From the NCBI GenBank assembly GCA_963678445.1, contig OY782877.1, forward strand, positions 2,602,503 through 2,666,502: a DNA stretch of 64,000 nucleotides, given 5' to 3'. A program made the translations under genes and the position numbers. This stretch comes from Candidatus Hydrogenedentota bacterium. GTDB lineage: Bacteria; Hydrogenedentota; Hydrogenedentia; Hydrogenedentales; G963678445. Position 1 is the first letter of the stretch, and the number at the start of each line of letters is the position of its first letter. The notes beneath the pieces are model-generated. The model ran no database searches. It was not told where the DNA came from and worked only from the letters and a program-made list of their open reading frames with translations. Shown here in pieces: positions 35,294 to 44,134 of the stretch.

Positions 35294-36100
35294 ATGGGCA
35301 TGCGGATAAATACCAATATAGCAGCGCTGGGCGCTCAGCGCGGCTTGCAGAAGAGTTCTGGGTTACTTACCAGTACGCTGCGCCAACTTTCTTCAGCACG
35401 TCGCATTAACCGTGCAGCGGACGATGCGGCCGGCTTGCAAATTGCAGAGCAACTCGATGCCTTGCGACGTCAGTCGCAGGTCGAGATGAACAACCTGCAA
35501 AGTGGGGTGAATTACGCGCAGACCGCCGAGGGCGGGCTCGACGTACAACAACAATCGGTGCAACGTATCCGTGAGTTGGCCGTGCAGGCCTCTAATGGTA
35601 CGCTGAGTGACGGTCAGCGGGCTGCTATCAATCAGGAAGCACAACAGCTTATAGAGCAGGTACAAACCGTTGCTGACGATACGCAGTTCAATGGGCAGAA
35701 CCTGCTGGGGCAAACCCAGAGTGTGGATCTGGGCACCACGGGTACGCTTTCCGTATCGACTACAGAATCAACCGCTACTTCACTGAATCTGGACTCGCTT
35801 GATTTGAGCACGGCGGCGGGAGCGACGGCGGCGCTGGAAACTACCGATACAGCGCTCAACAATATAAGTCAGAATCGAGCCAGTCTTGGCGCTCAGATGA
35901 ACCGCTTTGAATCGGCGATAGAGCAGCGCGGTATTCAGGAGGAGAATACGGCTGCTGCGGAGTCGGCTATTCGTGACGCGGATATGGCGCTTCAGGCCAC
36001 CAATCTCTCGCGTGCGCGTATACTCAACCAAGGCGGAATGTCGGCGTTGATTCAAAGCAATGTGCAGCCTCAAACGGCGCTACAGCTTTTGGGTGGGTAA
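35294..36100 (+). CDS. fliC: Flagellin.
   Basis: N-terminal MRINTNIAALGAQRGLQKSS...RINRAADDAAGLQIAEQL and C-terminal RARILNQGGMSALIQSNVQPQTALQLLGG flagellin domains. AGGAGG lies 7 nt upstream of the ATG. Confidence 0.9.
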   Translation: MGMRINTNIAALGAQRGLQKSSGLLTSTLRQLSSARRINRAADDAAGLQIAEQLDALRRQSQVEMNNLQSGVNYAQTAEGGLDVQQQSVQRIRELAVQASNGTLSDGQRAAINQEAQQLIEQVQTVADDTQFNGQNLLGQTQSVDLGTTGTLSVSTTESTATSLNLDSLDLSTAAGATAALETTDTALNNISQNRASLGAQMNRFESAIEQRGIQEENTAAAESAIRDADMALQATNLSRARILNQGGMSALIQSNVQPQTALQLLGG

Positions 36101-36131
36101 GAAAGTATCGTAGCGATATCGAAAATGATAC

Positions 36132-36171
36132 ATGCGGCCTCGTCTTATTGACGAGGCCGCATATGTTTTTC
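36132..36171 (+). terminator. Strong rho-independent terminator after fliC. It is likely bidirectional for the convergent 36177..37133 gene.
   Basis: GCGGCCTCGTC-ttatt-GACGAGGCCGC followed by atatgtttttct. Confidence 0.75.
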
Positions 36172-36176
36172 TGACG

Positions 36177-37133
36177 TTAGTTGCAATCCGGTTCCAGCGG
36201 TCCCGCCAGTTCCTTCAGAAAGAAGACACGTCCGGGTAAAGTTGTCATAAAAGTGCTGGGAATCCAGGGGGTGGGCTTATGGTGCAACGTGGCCCACAGT
36301 GACATGCCCTGCCACATCATGCCCCGTCCCAAAGCGCCATCGCAGCCGCCAATCACCCTGTCGGACTGCAAAAAGAGCCCCGGTCCTACCGTGTTGGCGC
36401 GTGTCGGTACCAAGGTAGTGCGGCTTTTAAAGCTGGTAATCGCATTTTGTTCCACGGTCAAAGGGCATAATTTCGCCCCCAGGCGATACTTCGCATCGCG
36501 CCATGCTTTCAGCGATTTGTATTCCGCGGCAAAGTGGGGTTCCCAAAAGGCAATATGGCAGGCGCGTCCCACCCCGAACACGGTGACCAGTTTCGCGCCC
36601 TTTTTCTTCAGGTTACGGATTTTTGTGGCATAAGTCGGCAGCGCTTTACGCGTGGCGAAATGGCGCTGTCCTTTCGGAACCGTTAATTTGCCCAAGGGGC
36701 CATAAAATGCCTGCTCCATAGCGTTTTGGAACGCACCAGAATCATTGGCGGGCAAGGTATTGCCGTCCGCATCACTCCATTCATCCATATTGAAGCCATG
36801 TACATGCTTACAATCCACATTCCATTCCTGCAAGAAATACACCGCCCAGCGATACATGCCCATTGGTCCCACCGGCAGGATAAAGGCCAGCGGATGTTCC
36901 GCTTCCTTTGCGCGCGCAATTTCCAATGCAATTTCATGCCCCAACATCATGTCGAAATCCGCCAGGCTTTCACAGGGGACAGCCTCAAAGGCCTTATTCC
37001 ACCAGCGTTCCTTACGTGTTATCGAATCAGGTTGGCGTGCGCACAATGCGTCCAACGTTGCCAAATCCCAGCCAGCGGGAAAGAAACCCTCCAGCATCGA
37101 TCCTTCTAAAGTGCTCATGAGATTGATGGCCAT
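36177..37133 (-). CDS. Glucosamine-6-phosphate deaminase / 6-phosphogluconolactonase (NagB-like) family protein.
   Basis: [16 protein letters not shown] resembles the NagB G-x-G-x-D-G-H-x-A motif. AGGAAAGG lies upstream of the chosen Met (MAINLM). The track ORF starts at 37172. Confidence 0.65.
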   Translation of the reverse strand: MAINLMSTLEGSMLEGFFPAGWDLATLDALCARQPDSITRKERWWNKAFEAVPCESLADFDMMLGHEIALEIARAKEAEHPLAFILPVGPMGMYRWAVYFLQEWNVDCKHVHGFNMDEWSDADGNTLPANDSGAFQNAMEQAFYGPLGKLTVPKGQRHFATRKALPTYATKIRNLKKKGAKLVTVFGVGRACHIAFWEPHFAAEYKSLKAWRDAKYRLGAKLCPLTVEQNAITSFKSRTTLVPTRANTVGPGLFLQSDRVIGGCDGALGRGMMWQGMSLWATLHHKPTPWIPSTFMTTLPGRVFFLKELAGPLEPDCN

Positions 37134-37202
37134 ACATTCGCCTTTCCTTGTATTGCGGTAGCGACCGCTCACACCCTCTATGTATCACAACAAGCGATTT
37201 GA

Positions 37203-37823
37203 CTACATCGCGTCTTCCGCCACTACGGTCATGCGATGGAAACAGACTTCACCCGGACAATGCTCTACATACGCCACTGGCCCTAGTGCAGCGACCGCTT
37301 GCGCCAGTAAATTGCATTGTGCAACCTGCTGTAAAAAGGCGGGGGGCAAAACCTCGCCCTCAACCCAAACCTGATGCAGATGCAGGGCCAGTTTTCCGGC
37401 ATCGCACGTCAGCGTGCACTGCGCCGCCCCATTTAAATAGCGTTCACCCAATCCGAGAGGCGCCAAAGGCAAGCTCAATCGTCCCCAGAGCCCCTCCTTT
37501 TCTATACGTTGCACACAAAAGGGCGGGGGAGTATCCGGCGGTGAGGCTTCGCGAAAAAATCTGTTCAACGCCTGTGGCGAAAACGAAAGTGAATGCGCCT
37601 TTTGATCGAGATGCAATTCGCCTTCCCTGGGTTCTCCAGGAAAAAGCTGGATGGGGGTAGCAGCCGTATAGGTGTGCACGGCGTCGAGTAGCATCTGATG
37701 TCCTGCATACGACATCAAAGAAAGCAAAACAAGTAGCATCCCCCCTGCGGCCAACGCCCCCCAACGGCAACAACGTCCTGTGATGTGGCTGCGTTCTCTC
37801 TTCTGGACCGGCGATTGCGACAT
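37203..37823 (-). CDS. Hypothetical membrane-anchored protein downstream of flgK.
   Basis: ORF of 206 aa with an N-terminal TM segment ALAAGGMLLVLLSLMSYAG. No domain was recognised. Confidence 0.5.
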   Translation of the reverse strand: MSQSPVQKRERSHITGRCCRWGALAAGGMLLVLLSLMSYAGHQMLLDAVHTYTAATPIQLFPGEPREGELHLDQKAHSLSFSPQALNRFFREASPPDTPPPFCVQRIEKEGLWGRLSLPLAPLGLGERYLNGAAQCTLTCDAGKLALHLHQVWVEGEVLPPAFLQQVAQCNLLAQAVAALGPVAYVEHCPGEVCFHRMTVVAEDAM

Positions 37824-37932
37824 GATGCGCTCCTTTGCGTAGCGTTTTCAGTGACAAGCCTTACCTTATCCATCCTACACACGCAATCGCTTTAGAGCAA
37901 GCCCACATTTATTGTTAAGCGGCAAGGGACGC

Positions 37933-39645
37933 TTACGAAACCAGGTTAATCAATGTTTGCAGCATGGAGTCTGCTACAGTGATTACCCGCGCCGCGCCTT
38001 CAAAGGCGCGCTGATACAGGATTAGCGATGTAACCTCCTCATCCAAACTTACCCCCGAGACCTCCTGTCGCCGTGCATCGAAATCGGCTACAAAAGCCTG
38101 CTCCACCTCCAGGCGTTCCAGATTGGCCCGTGAGTTGATCCCCACCTCTACGATGGTGGATTCATAGTGTTCATTGATGGTCTGTGTTCCATCCTCCAGG
38201 AAAGCCTGATTCCGCACTGCAGCCAAATCCAGTGCCGCAGAATTATCGCCCGTTTCCAGTGGGTCCAGACTGTATCCCGTACTCAGCTGGTTTGGGTTGT
38301 CCAGAATATCTTGATTAACGGCGATTGTTTCTGCATCCGTACCTGTAAACAAGCCGTTAAAGCCCACTGCTGTTAAGAAACCTGCGGTATCATTGCTAAA
38401 TGTAAACGAGGTCCCTGCTGCTGGTGTTAATGTTACGCGACCACTTAAATCCAGCGTCATAGTCAAGTTTGCGGACGCATTGATTGCATCCCGGACATCT
38501 ACCATAGTCGTAGGCGTCGCCCCTGTTACATCTACCGGCACTGAAACAGTTTCAATGGCAGTGCCTGTTGCATCGTAGACCACTATATCAAAGGAACCAT
38601 CTTCTATTTCAAAAGGGAACCCAACTGCATTTAATTCCGCCAGAAAACTAGTTGCTGGGTTTGCCGAGGTTAAAGCATCTGAAATGTTTGTGACACCGTT
38701 ACCCTGCGAATGGATCCGGTTTACCTGCTCAATCAGTCCCGCCGCCAAAGCATCCGTGCGCTGCTCTAACTCGAGCAGTTGCTCATCGCGGATTTCCAAA
38801 GCCGCCGCCAACTCGCCATCGGTAATGTTTACCGGTTGTGCACTATCCACAAATTTCACTGCCAGAAAATCATCCCGTTTTTCATCCAACGTGGGATCAG
38901 GCGTTACTTCCAGTTCTCGATAACGACGCCCGTTGACCAGCTCCTCTCCGCCCAACAGCAGCGTATAATTTCCCTTGTCATCCTCGCGGGTGACAATGTT
39001 TACCAGGCTCGCCAGTTCATCCACCAGTACATCGCGATCATCGCGCAAATCATTTGCATGGATGCCCCCCACCTCCACCGCCTGAATTGCAACATTCAAA
39101 TCACGGATGCGTTCTGCCAGCGAGTTGATTTCCGGTATCGTATTACGTACCTGTTCATTTGCTTCTGTTCGCAGGCTCCGCAGGCGCTGTGAAACCTCAT
39201 TCAACGTATCCGCCACCGCCTCGGCCTCTGCCAAGGTCGCCACACGCACCGCCAGTTCATCCGGACCATTGGCCAAGTCATTTAGCGAGTCAAAAAAGAC
39301 ATTCAATCGGTTCGACAAACCATTCTCAGAGGGTTCCAGAAAGATATCTTCGATACGCGTGTAATACTGCGCCTGCGTTTCGGCTTTGCCCAATCCCTGC
39401 ACCTGTTCCCGGTACATTTCGTCCAGAAAGACATCGCGCAAACGAACGATTCCTTCAATCGCGGGACCCCGACCGATTGCGCCATAGCTGCGGTAATTGG
39501 GCAGGCGTGTAGTAAGCTCCACCCGCTGTCGCGAGAAGCCCTCCTTATTTACATTTGAGATATTGTGCCCGGCGGTATCCAACTGCACCCGCGCCACCTG
39601 CATGCCCGCCCGGCCAAGATCCAATGCGCTAAACAACGTTCCCAC
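37933..39645 (-). CDS. flgK: Flagellar hook-associated protein 1.
   Basis: N-terminal GTLFSALDLGRAGMQVARVQLDTAGHNISNVNKEGFSRQ and C-terminal VSGVSLDEEVTSLILYQRAFEGAARVITVADSMLQTLINLVS match FlgK. A GTG start was chosen with AAGGA upstream. The track ORF runs 37933..39948 through the leader. Confidence 0.85.
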   Translation of the reverse strand: MGTLFSALDLGRAGMQVARVQLDTAGHNISNVNKEGFSRQRVELTTRLPNYRSYGAIGRGPAIEGIVRLRDVFLDEMYREQVQGLGKAETQAQYYTRIEDIFLEPSENGLSNRLNVFFDSLNDLANGPDELAVRVATLAEAEAVADTLNEVSQRLRSLRTEANEQVRNTIPEINSLAERIRDLNVAIQAVEVGGIHANDLRDDRDVLVDELASLVNIVTREDDKGNYTLLLGGEELVNGRRYRELEVTPDPTLDEKRDDFLAVKFVDSAQPVNITDGELAAALEIRDEQLLELEQRTDALAAGLIEQVNRIHSQGNGVTNISDALTSANPATSFLAELNAVGFPFEIEDGSFDIVVYDATGTAIETVSVPVDVTGATPTTMVDVRDAINASANLTMTLDLSGRVTLTPAAGTSFTFSNDTAGFLTAVGFNGLFTGTDAETIAVNQDILDNPNQLSTGYSLDPLETGDNSAALDLAAVRNQAFLEDGTQTINEHYESTIVEVGINSRANLERLEVEQAFVADFDARRQEVSGVSLDEEVTSLILYQRAFEGAARVITVADSMLQTLINLVS

Positions 39646-39682
39646 GATAGATTCCTTTACCCGTTTACCTGAGAGCAACCCA

Positions 39683-39720
39683 GGGGATGTGCGGACCCTA
39701 TCCAAAAGGTCCGCACATCC
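39683..39720 (-). promoter_or_regulatory. Perfect 14-bp inverted repeat (GGGATGTGCGGACC-N10-GGTCCGCACATCCC) in the flgK 5' leader.
   Basis: Seen directly in the sequence. It lies 40-75 nt upstream of the flgK start and downstream of the sigma28-type promoter. No T-tract follows, so it is unlikely to be a terminator. Confidence 0.5.
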
Positions 39721-39778
39721 CCGCAGGCCCAAGAGAACTCGCCCTGAGTTCTTGTGCAGGAGCAATTCCTGTTCCAAT

Positions 39779-39808
39779 TTATCGGCAAGCCCCTTAAACA
39801 ACTTTAAA
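39779..39808 (-). promoter_or_regulatory. Sigma28 (FliA)-type promoter for flgK, TAAAG-N16-GCCGATAA on the minus strand.
   Basis: The minus strand reads TTTAAAGttgtttaaggggcttGCCGATAAatt. The -10 element is an 8/8 match to the enteric sigma28 consensus GCCGATAA. flgK is a class III gene in model systems. Confidence 0.55.
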
Positions 39809-40062
39809 ACCAGCACCTTTAGATATCTTTCGAGATAATGGCCTGTTTTCGATAGCGCCTTATTACCTGCAATTCTTGCCTTATAGCGGGAAAATATTGC
39901 ATCCCTTTTCAATTTTCGCAGAAAAATTGAAACCCACAGCTTTTTCAATCAGTCTCATTGATGCAAAACGGACTTCCTTCTGTTACGAGGGCCGGCGCAT
40001 TGTCCTTCCTGAAATGATGCGCCGGTTTCTCTATTTTCTACAGGTAGCTGCGTCCAGTAGGC

Positions 40063-40100
40063 TATAAAAAAACGCCCACTCCAAAGAGCGGGCGTTTTGT
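40063..40100 (-). terminator. Rho-independent terminator after nadA (bidirectional hairpin flanked by an A-tract and a T-tract).
   Basis: aaaaaaaCGCCCACTCcaaaGAGCGGGCGtttt. Confidence 0.6.
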
Positions 40101-40122
40101 CATTCTTCTCGCGAACTATCTA

Positions 40123-41187
40123 TCAGCGTATGGCCACCATCCGATCAATGGCGGTTTTCGCACGTGCTATCAGGGTTTCATCCAATTCAACGGCGTGCTG
40201 CATATGTTCCAGGGCATGCAACGTGTCTTCCAAGGTGATCAAACGCATATGCTTACAGCTTAAGCTGCAAGAACGCACCATTTCGCGATGAGGATACTGC
40301 GCGGCAATATTTTCACCCATGCTACATTCGGTCAGCAAGGCATAGCGGGGTGCATCAACCTGCTCCACATAATCCACCATCACCTTTGTGCTGCCCGCGA
40401 CATCGACCTGCTTGATAACCTCTGGGCTACATTCAGGATGCGCCAGAATTACGGCATCGGGATACGCTGTACGAATCTTTTGTACATCTTCCGGCTTAAA
40501 GAGTTCGTGCACCTCGCAGCGCACATCCCAACCTACGATCGCCTTTTCCTGCTTGGGCAACACGGCACTGTCCTGGTGTCGGCCTTCGATATACGCTACC
40601 CCCAATTCCGCTGCTGTGTTGCGGGCCAGATATTCATCCGGCAAAAACAGGATATGCTGATGGCCTTTTTCAAACAGATACTCCACCACTTTCTTGGCAT
40701 TGCCGGAGGTGCAACAATAGTCAGACTCTGCTTTTACATCCGCATAGGTGTTCACATACGTAACCACGGGTAATCCGGGGAAACGTTCTTTCAATGCCCG
40801 CACATCGGCACCTGTAATGCCTGCGGCCAGTGAGCATCCGGCTTGTCGGGAAGGCACGAGCACAGTACGATCGGGGCTGAGTACCTTGGCCGTTTCCCCC
40901 ATGAACCATACGCCGCAGAAGAGGATAATGTCTGCATCGGTTTGCGAAGAAACCACGGAAAGCTGTAAGGAATCGCCTACATAATCCGGCACCGAATGGA
41001 AAAGAGCCGGCTCCATGTAATTGTGCCCCAGAATTACGGCGTTCATTTCACGCTTTAGTAAATTGATCTTGTGCGCAACTTCCGCCTTCGCCTGAATCTC
41101 GGAATCCGGAATAATGCCCGTCAATTTTGCGCGCATCGCTTTAAGCGTTTCATCTATGGTGAAAACAGCCTCAACGGTGGTGTTCAT
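40123..41187 (-). CDS. nadA: Quinolinate synthase.
   Basis: NadA motifs are present: AVILGHNYMEP, FCGVWFMGETAKVL, CSLAAG, HPECSPEV. The start was set at MNTTVEAVF. The track ORF begins 12 codons upstream at a GTG. Confidence 0.85.
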   Translation of the reverse strand: MNTTVEAVFTIDETLKAMRAKLTGIIPDSEIQAKAEVAHKINLLKREMNAVILGHNYMEPALFHSVPDYVGDSLQLSVVSSQTDADIILFCGVWFMGETAKVLSPDRTVLVPSRQAGCSLAAGITGADVRALKERFPGLPVVTYVNTYADVKAESDYCCTSGNAKKVVEYLFEKGHQHILFLPDEYLARNTAAELGVAYIEGRHQDSAVLPKQEKAIVGWDVRCEVHELFKPEDVQKIRTAYPDAVILAHPECSPEVIKQVDVAGSTKVMVDYVEQVDAPRYALLTECSMGENIAAQYPHREMVRSCSLSCKHMRLITLEDTLHALEHMQHAVELDETLIARAKTAIDRMVAIR

Positions 41188-41501
41188 GTCACGTATACCT
41201 GCCTTTTTTGCCGAAGAATACACCGATACCTTCGTGTACCTTGCCTTGCGAAAAAACTATTGTGGCCTGTGCCACTGGCAAGAAGTTATGGCTCTTGCCC
41301 TTATAACCACAGTAGTGTTGGCGGTTTCCACTATGGCCTTTGTAAATTACAAGATGCTTAAACCACCAACTGCACGCGACTTCCAAAATTACCGTGCGCT
41401 CCAACGTGGCAACGATTTTGTTGCGCCACCGCCCAAACCGTTTTTAGTTCCTAAACTTTTGCAAAAGCTGTCATTTGCTATGGTCATACCCTAGTTATTG
41501 T

Positions 41502-41625
41502 GGGCACTGGACCATAACTTTAGTGCCAAACTTCGCAGAAGTTGCCATCAAAACGAAATCTTTGCTGTGCTCACGCACGTCGAGGACCGTAGTTCTTGCA
41601 TGTGGACGCTGGACACTTTAGGTAA
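41502..41625 (+). repeat. REP-like dispersed repeat copy.
   Basis: gtgggcactggacca...aaacgaaatctttgctgtgctcacgcacgtcgaggaccgtagttcttgcatgtggacgctggacacttta. Confidence 0.6.
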
Positions 41626-41858
41626 TAAATTGGCCCCTCCGTTTAGGATAGGGGCGTCGTCAGTGGCTTATTGACTTAAAACTGTAGCACATTTTGGCGG
41701 ATAAGTACAAGTTATACGCGAATTTAGCATACCTTTCAAAAAAACGAAGTTTTCATTCGGGAAATACCGACAATGGAATATTTTGTATGGTTTGAGTGAA
41801 AAACCAGAGGAAGACCACAATATAGATTGTCTCTGCATACGCCCTGTGTTAAAATCAG

Positions 41859-44054
41859 GTGCAGGAGGCAAGAACGGTGCGATTTGGAAAACGAAGCAAA
41901 AACTGGACAGCCGCTGGACGGCGTTGGTTAGGTGAACGGCGTAATGCTGAGGAGAATGCGGTTGCCTCGGCGGAACGAAGTGCGCTCTTGGAGCCCCAAG
42001 AAGAGGAGGAGGATGTCATGGCCCCCCCGCCTGTACAAGAAGAACCCGTACTCACGGGTGATCCTACCCAGCATTTGTTGACTGCGTTGGGACGTTTTCA
42101 ACGTCAAGTAGCCAAAGCGGAAGGCGGCGCGCCGCCGGATGCCTGGACAGATGAATGCATGGCGCAGTTGATCCGTGGTATTGAAATCGCACTGGCGCAG
42201 GATTGGGAGGATGTGCAGGAGGCGATGACGGATACGGCGCGCATTTTACAATCGTATGAAGATGGCGGTAATGCTGCGGCGTGCACGCCTTTTTTGCAGG
42301 ATAGCTACGAAATTCTTTGCCTGATGGTAGGCGATCTTATTGTCGATAACGTGCGGTCAGGCGTGATCCAGAAATGGCGCAATCGGTATCAGTTGGCTGT
42401 GGAAGAACTACTCAAAGCGGGGCTGCAACTGGTCGACGATGAGGAAGGCGAGGCCGCCTCGGAGAGTGCGTCGGAAGCACTGGACGACGCGAATGAAGAA
42501 GTGGAAAGCCCTTTGTCGGAAGAACCGGTTGAAGCCATAGCGGAAAGTCCTTTCGAGGCTGCGCCATCCCCCTTTGCCGACGCTGCGGTGGAGGAAGATA
42601 CCGTTTTTGAAGCGGAGGTTTCCGACACTGCTGTACAGGGAGAAGAAGCTCCTGTCGTGCATGAGGCGGTAGTCGAAAGTCCTTTTGAATCGCCCGACGA
42701 GATGCTTTTGGAGGAAGATATCGATACGAGCGAGTTGCCTTCGCTCGATGAAATGATCGCAGCACCCATGCAGCCAACAGTATCGGAGTCCTCCGTCGAA
42801 GAAGAAACACTGCAAGAATTGGAGGAGGAGCTTGAGCCGCCGGTGTTGGAACAGGTTTCGGTTCAGGAAGAAGTTGAGGACGTAGAAGATGAGGAAGTTG
42901 AGAATTTAGAAGAACCTGATCTGTCTGAAGAATTTGGTGCGCTCGAAGCCTCAGCGCTTTCTGAATCGCCCGGCGTGTTTGAAGAATCCGATATGCCTGA
43001 AGCGGCGGACGCGCTTGAGGAGATTGCGGTTGAAGACGCAGCGCAACAAGAGGAAGGCGCGGAGGCTGCGTTGACATTGGAGATGGCGGAGTCCGAGGGG
43101 TTGGATATTGAAGAGGTGGAGCAAGAGGAGGAGATGGCGTTGGTAGCGGCGGTGGTGGATGACGAAACGGCGTCGCTTGAAAGTGCTGAATTGCAGGAAG
43201 ATGGCGCTGAAGAATATCTTGAGATGGAAGGGGGAGAGGAGTCAGCAGAAGCGTCGTCTGCGCTTGTTGAAGAAGATTCGTCGTCAGCCCCTGTCGAAGT
43301 GCCAGAGGAAGAGGGGACGGAAGAGCTGGAGCCAGTGCCCGTTGAAGAGACTGCGTCGGTGGCGACGCCGGTGGCGGCGACTTCGTTGGAAAGCTTGTTG
43401 CAATCGGCGATTGCGACGGGCAACGTTGCGGAGGCGAAGCTGTTGGCTTTGAAGCTGGCGGCGCAGATGGCGCAGTTGGAGGCGGAGAAGATACAGCAAA
43501 CGGTGCAGGAAACGCAGACGGGACTTTCTGAGGATGACAAGGCCATCATCGCTGCGCAAACGGAGGTGGAGAATACAACGCAACGTCTGAAGGAGTTAGG
43601 AGAGACTCTGGCGCGTCGCGAGGAAGCCTTTCAGCAGCAACGTCAGTATATTGATGAGCTGCGAGGAGAGACGGATACGATTGAGGGGGCTATTCATCAA
43701 TTGCAGGAGCAGATACAGGCGCTGCAGAAACAGATTGATGACCGTGTCAGTCAGTTAAACGCGGTGCAGGATCAAATGGAGGCGGCGCGTGCGGAGGAGG
43801 AGCATATCCAGAATGATCTGGATACGCTGGCGGAGGAAGAGGTGGCGACAGGGGCGCTGTTGGAGGCGGCGCAACAGCAGGTGACGATGTTGCAGAAAAA
43901 ACGCGCGGAGGATGAAAGTAAAGCTACCAATGCGGAAGGCGTGTTGCGTCGTCAACTGGAAGCGGTGGCCGATATTGAGCGCACACTGGGACAGATTGAA
44001 GAGGGGGGAGCGGGCTCTCTGCAGGAAAACCCGGATGATACTTTGCTGTTTTGA
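41859..44054 (+). CDS. Highly acidic (E/A/S/V-rich) low-complexity protein with a C-terminal coiled-coil region of about 230 aa.
   Basis: ORF of 731 aa. The start is GTG with AGGAGG nearby. It is preceded by an extended -10-like TGTTAAAAT. Heptad-like repeats run from about aa 500 to the end. Confidence 0.7.
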   Translation: MQEARTVRFGKRSKNWTAAGRRWLGERRNAEENAVASAERSALLEPQEEEEDVMAPPPVQEEPVLTGDPTQHLLTALGRFQRQVAKAEGGAPPDAWTDECMAQLIRGIEIALAQDWEDVQEAMTDTARILQSYEDGGNAAACTPFLQDSYEILCLMVGDLIVDNVRSGVIQKWRNRYQLAVEELLKAGLQLVDDEEGEAASESASEALDDANEEVESPLSEEPVEAIAESPFEAAPSPFADAAVEEDTVFEAEVSDTAVQGEEAPVVHEAVVESPFESPDEMLLEEDIDTSELPSLDEMIAAPMQPTVSESSVEEETLQELEEELEPPVLEQVSVQEEVEDVEDEEVENLEEPDLSEEFGALEASALSESPGVFEESDMPEAADALEEIAVEDAAQQEEGAEAALTLEMAESEGLDIEEVEQEEEMALVAAVVDDETASLESAELQEDGAEEYLEMEGGEESAEASSALVEEDSSSAPVEVPEEEGTEELEPVPVEETASVATPVAATSLESLLQSAIATGNVAEAKLLALKLAAQMAQLEAEKIQQTVQETQTGLSEDDKAIIAAQTEVENTTQRLKELGETLARREEAFQQQRQYIDELRGETDTIEGAIHQLQEQIQALQKQIDDRVSQLNAVQDQMEAARAEEEHIQNDLDTLAEEEVATGALLEAAQQQVTMLQKKRAEDESKATNAEGVLRRQLEAVADIERTLGQIEEGGAGSLQENPDDTLLF

Positions 44055-44134
44055 CGAATATCAGAAAGTTTTCTTAAATAAAGTTTAATGAAAGAACGCC
44101 CGGATGTATAGCGTTTGGGCGCTAGGGAAAAGCA

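Noticed and set aside
37933-39948. The full-length ORF-track versions of flgK (to 39948), nrdD (from 4980), blc (to 4090), the heparinase-like gene (from 50182), the GH-like gene (to 59771) and the surface protein (from 14207).
   Set aside because: The N-terminal extensions run through promoter or leader sequence and lack RBSs. Homology to known N-termini, signal-peptide positions and Shine-Dalgarno motifs support the shorter starts listed in the features.
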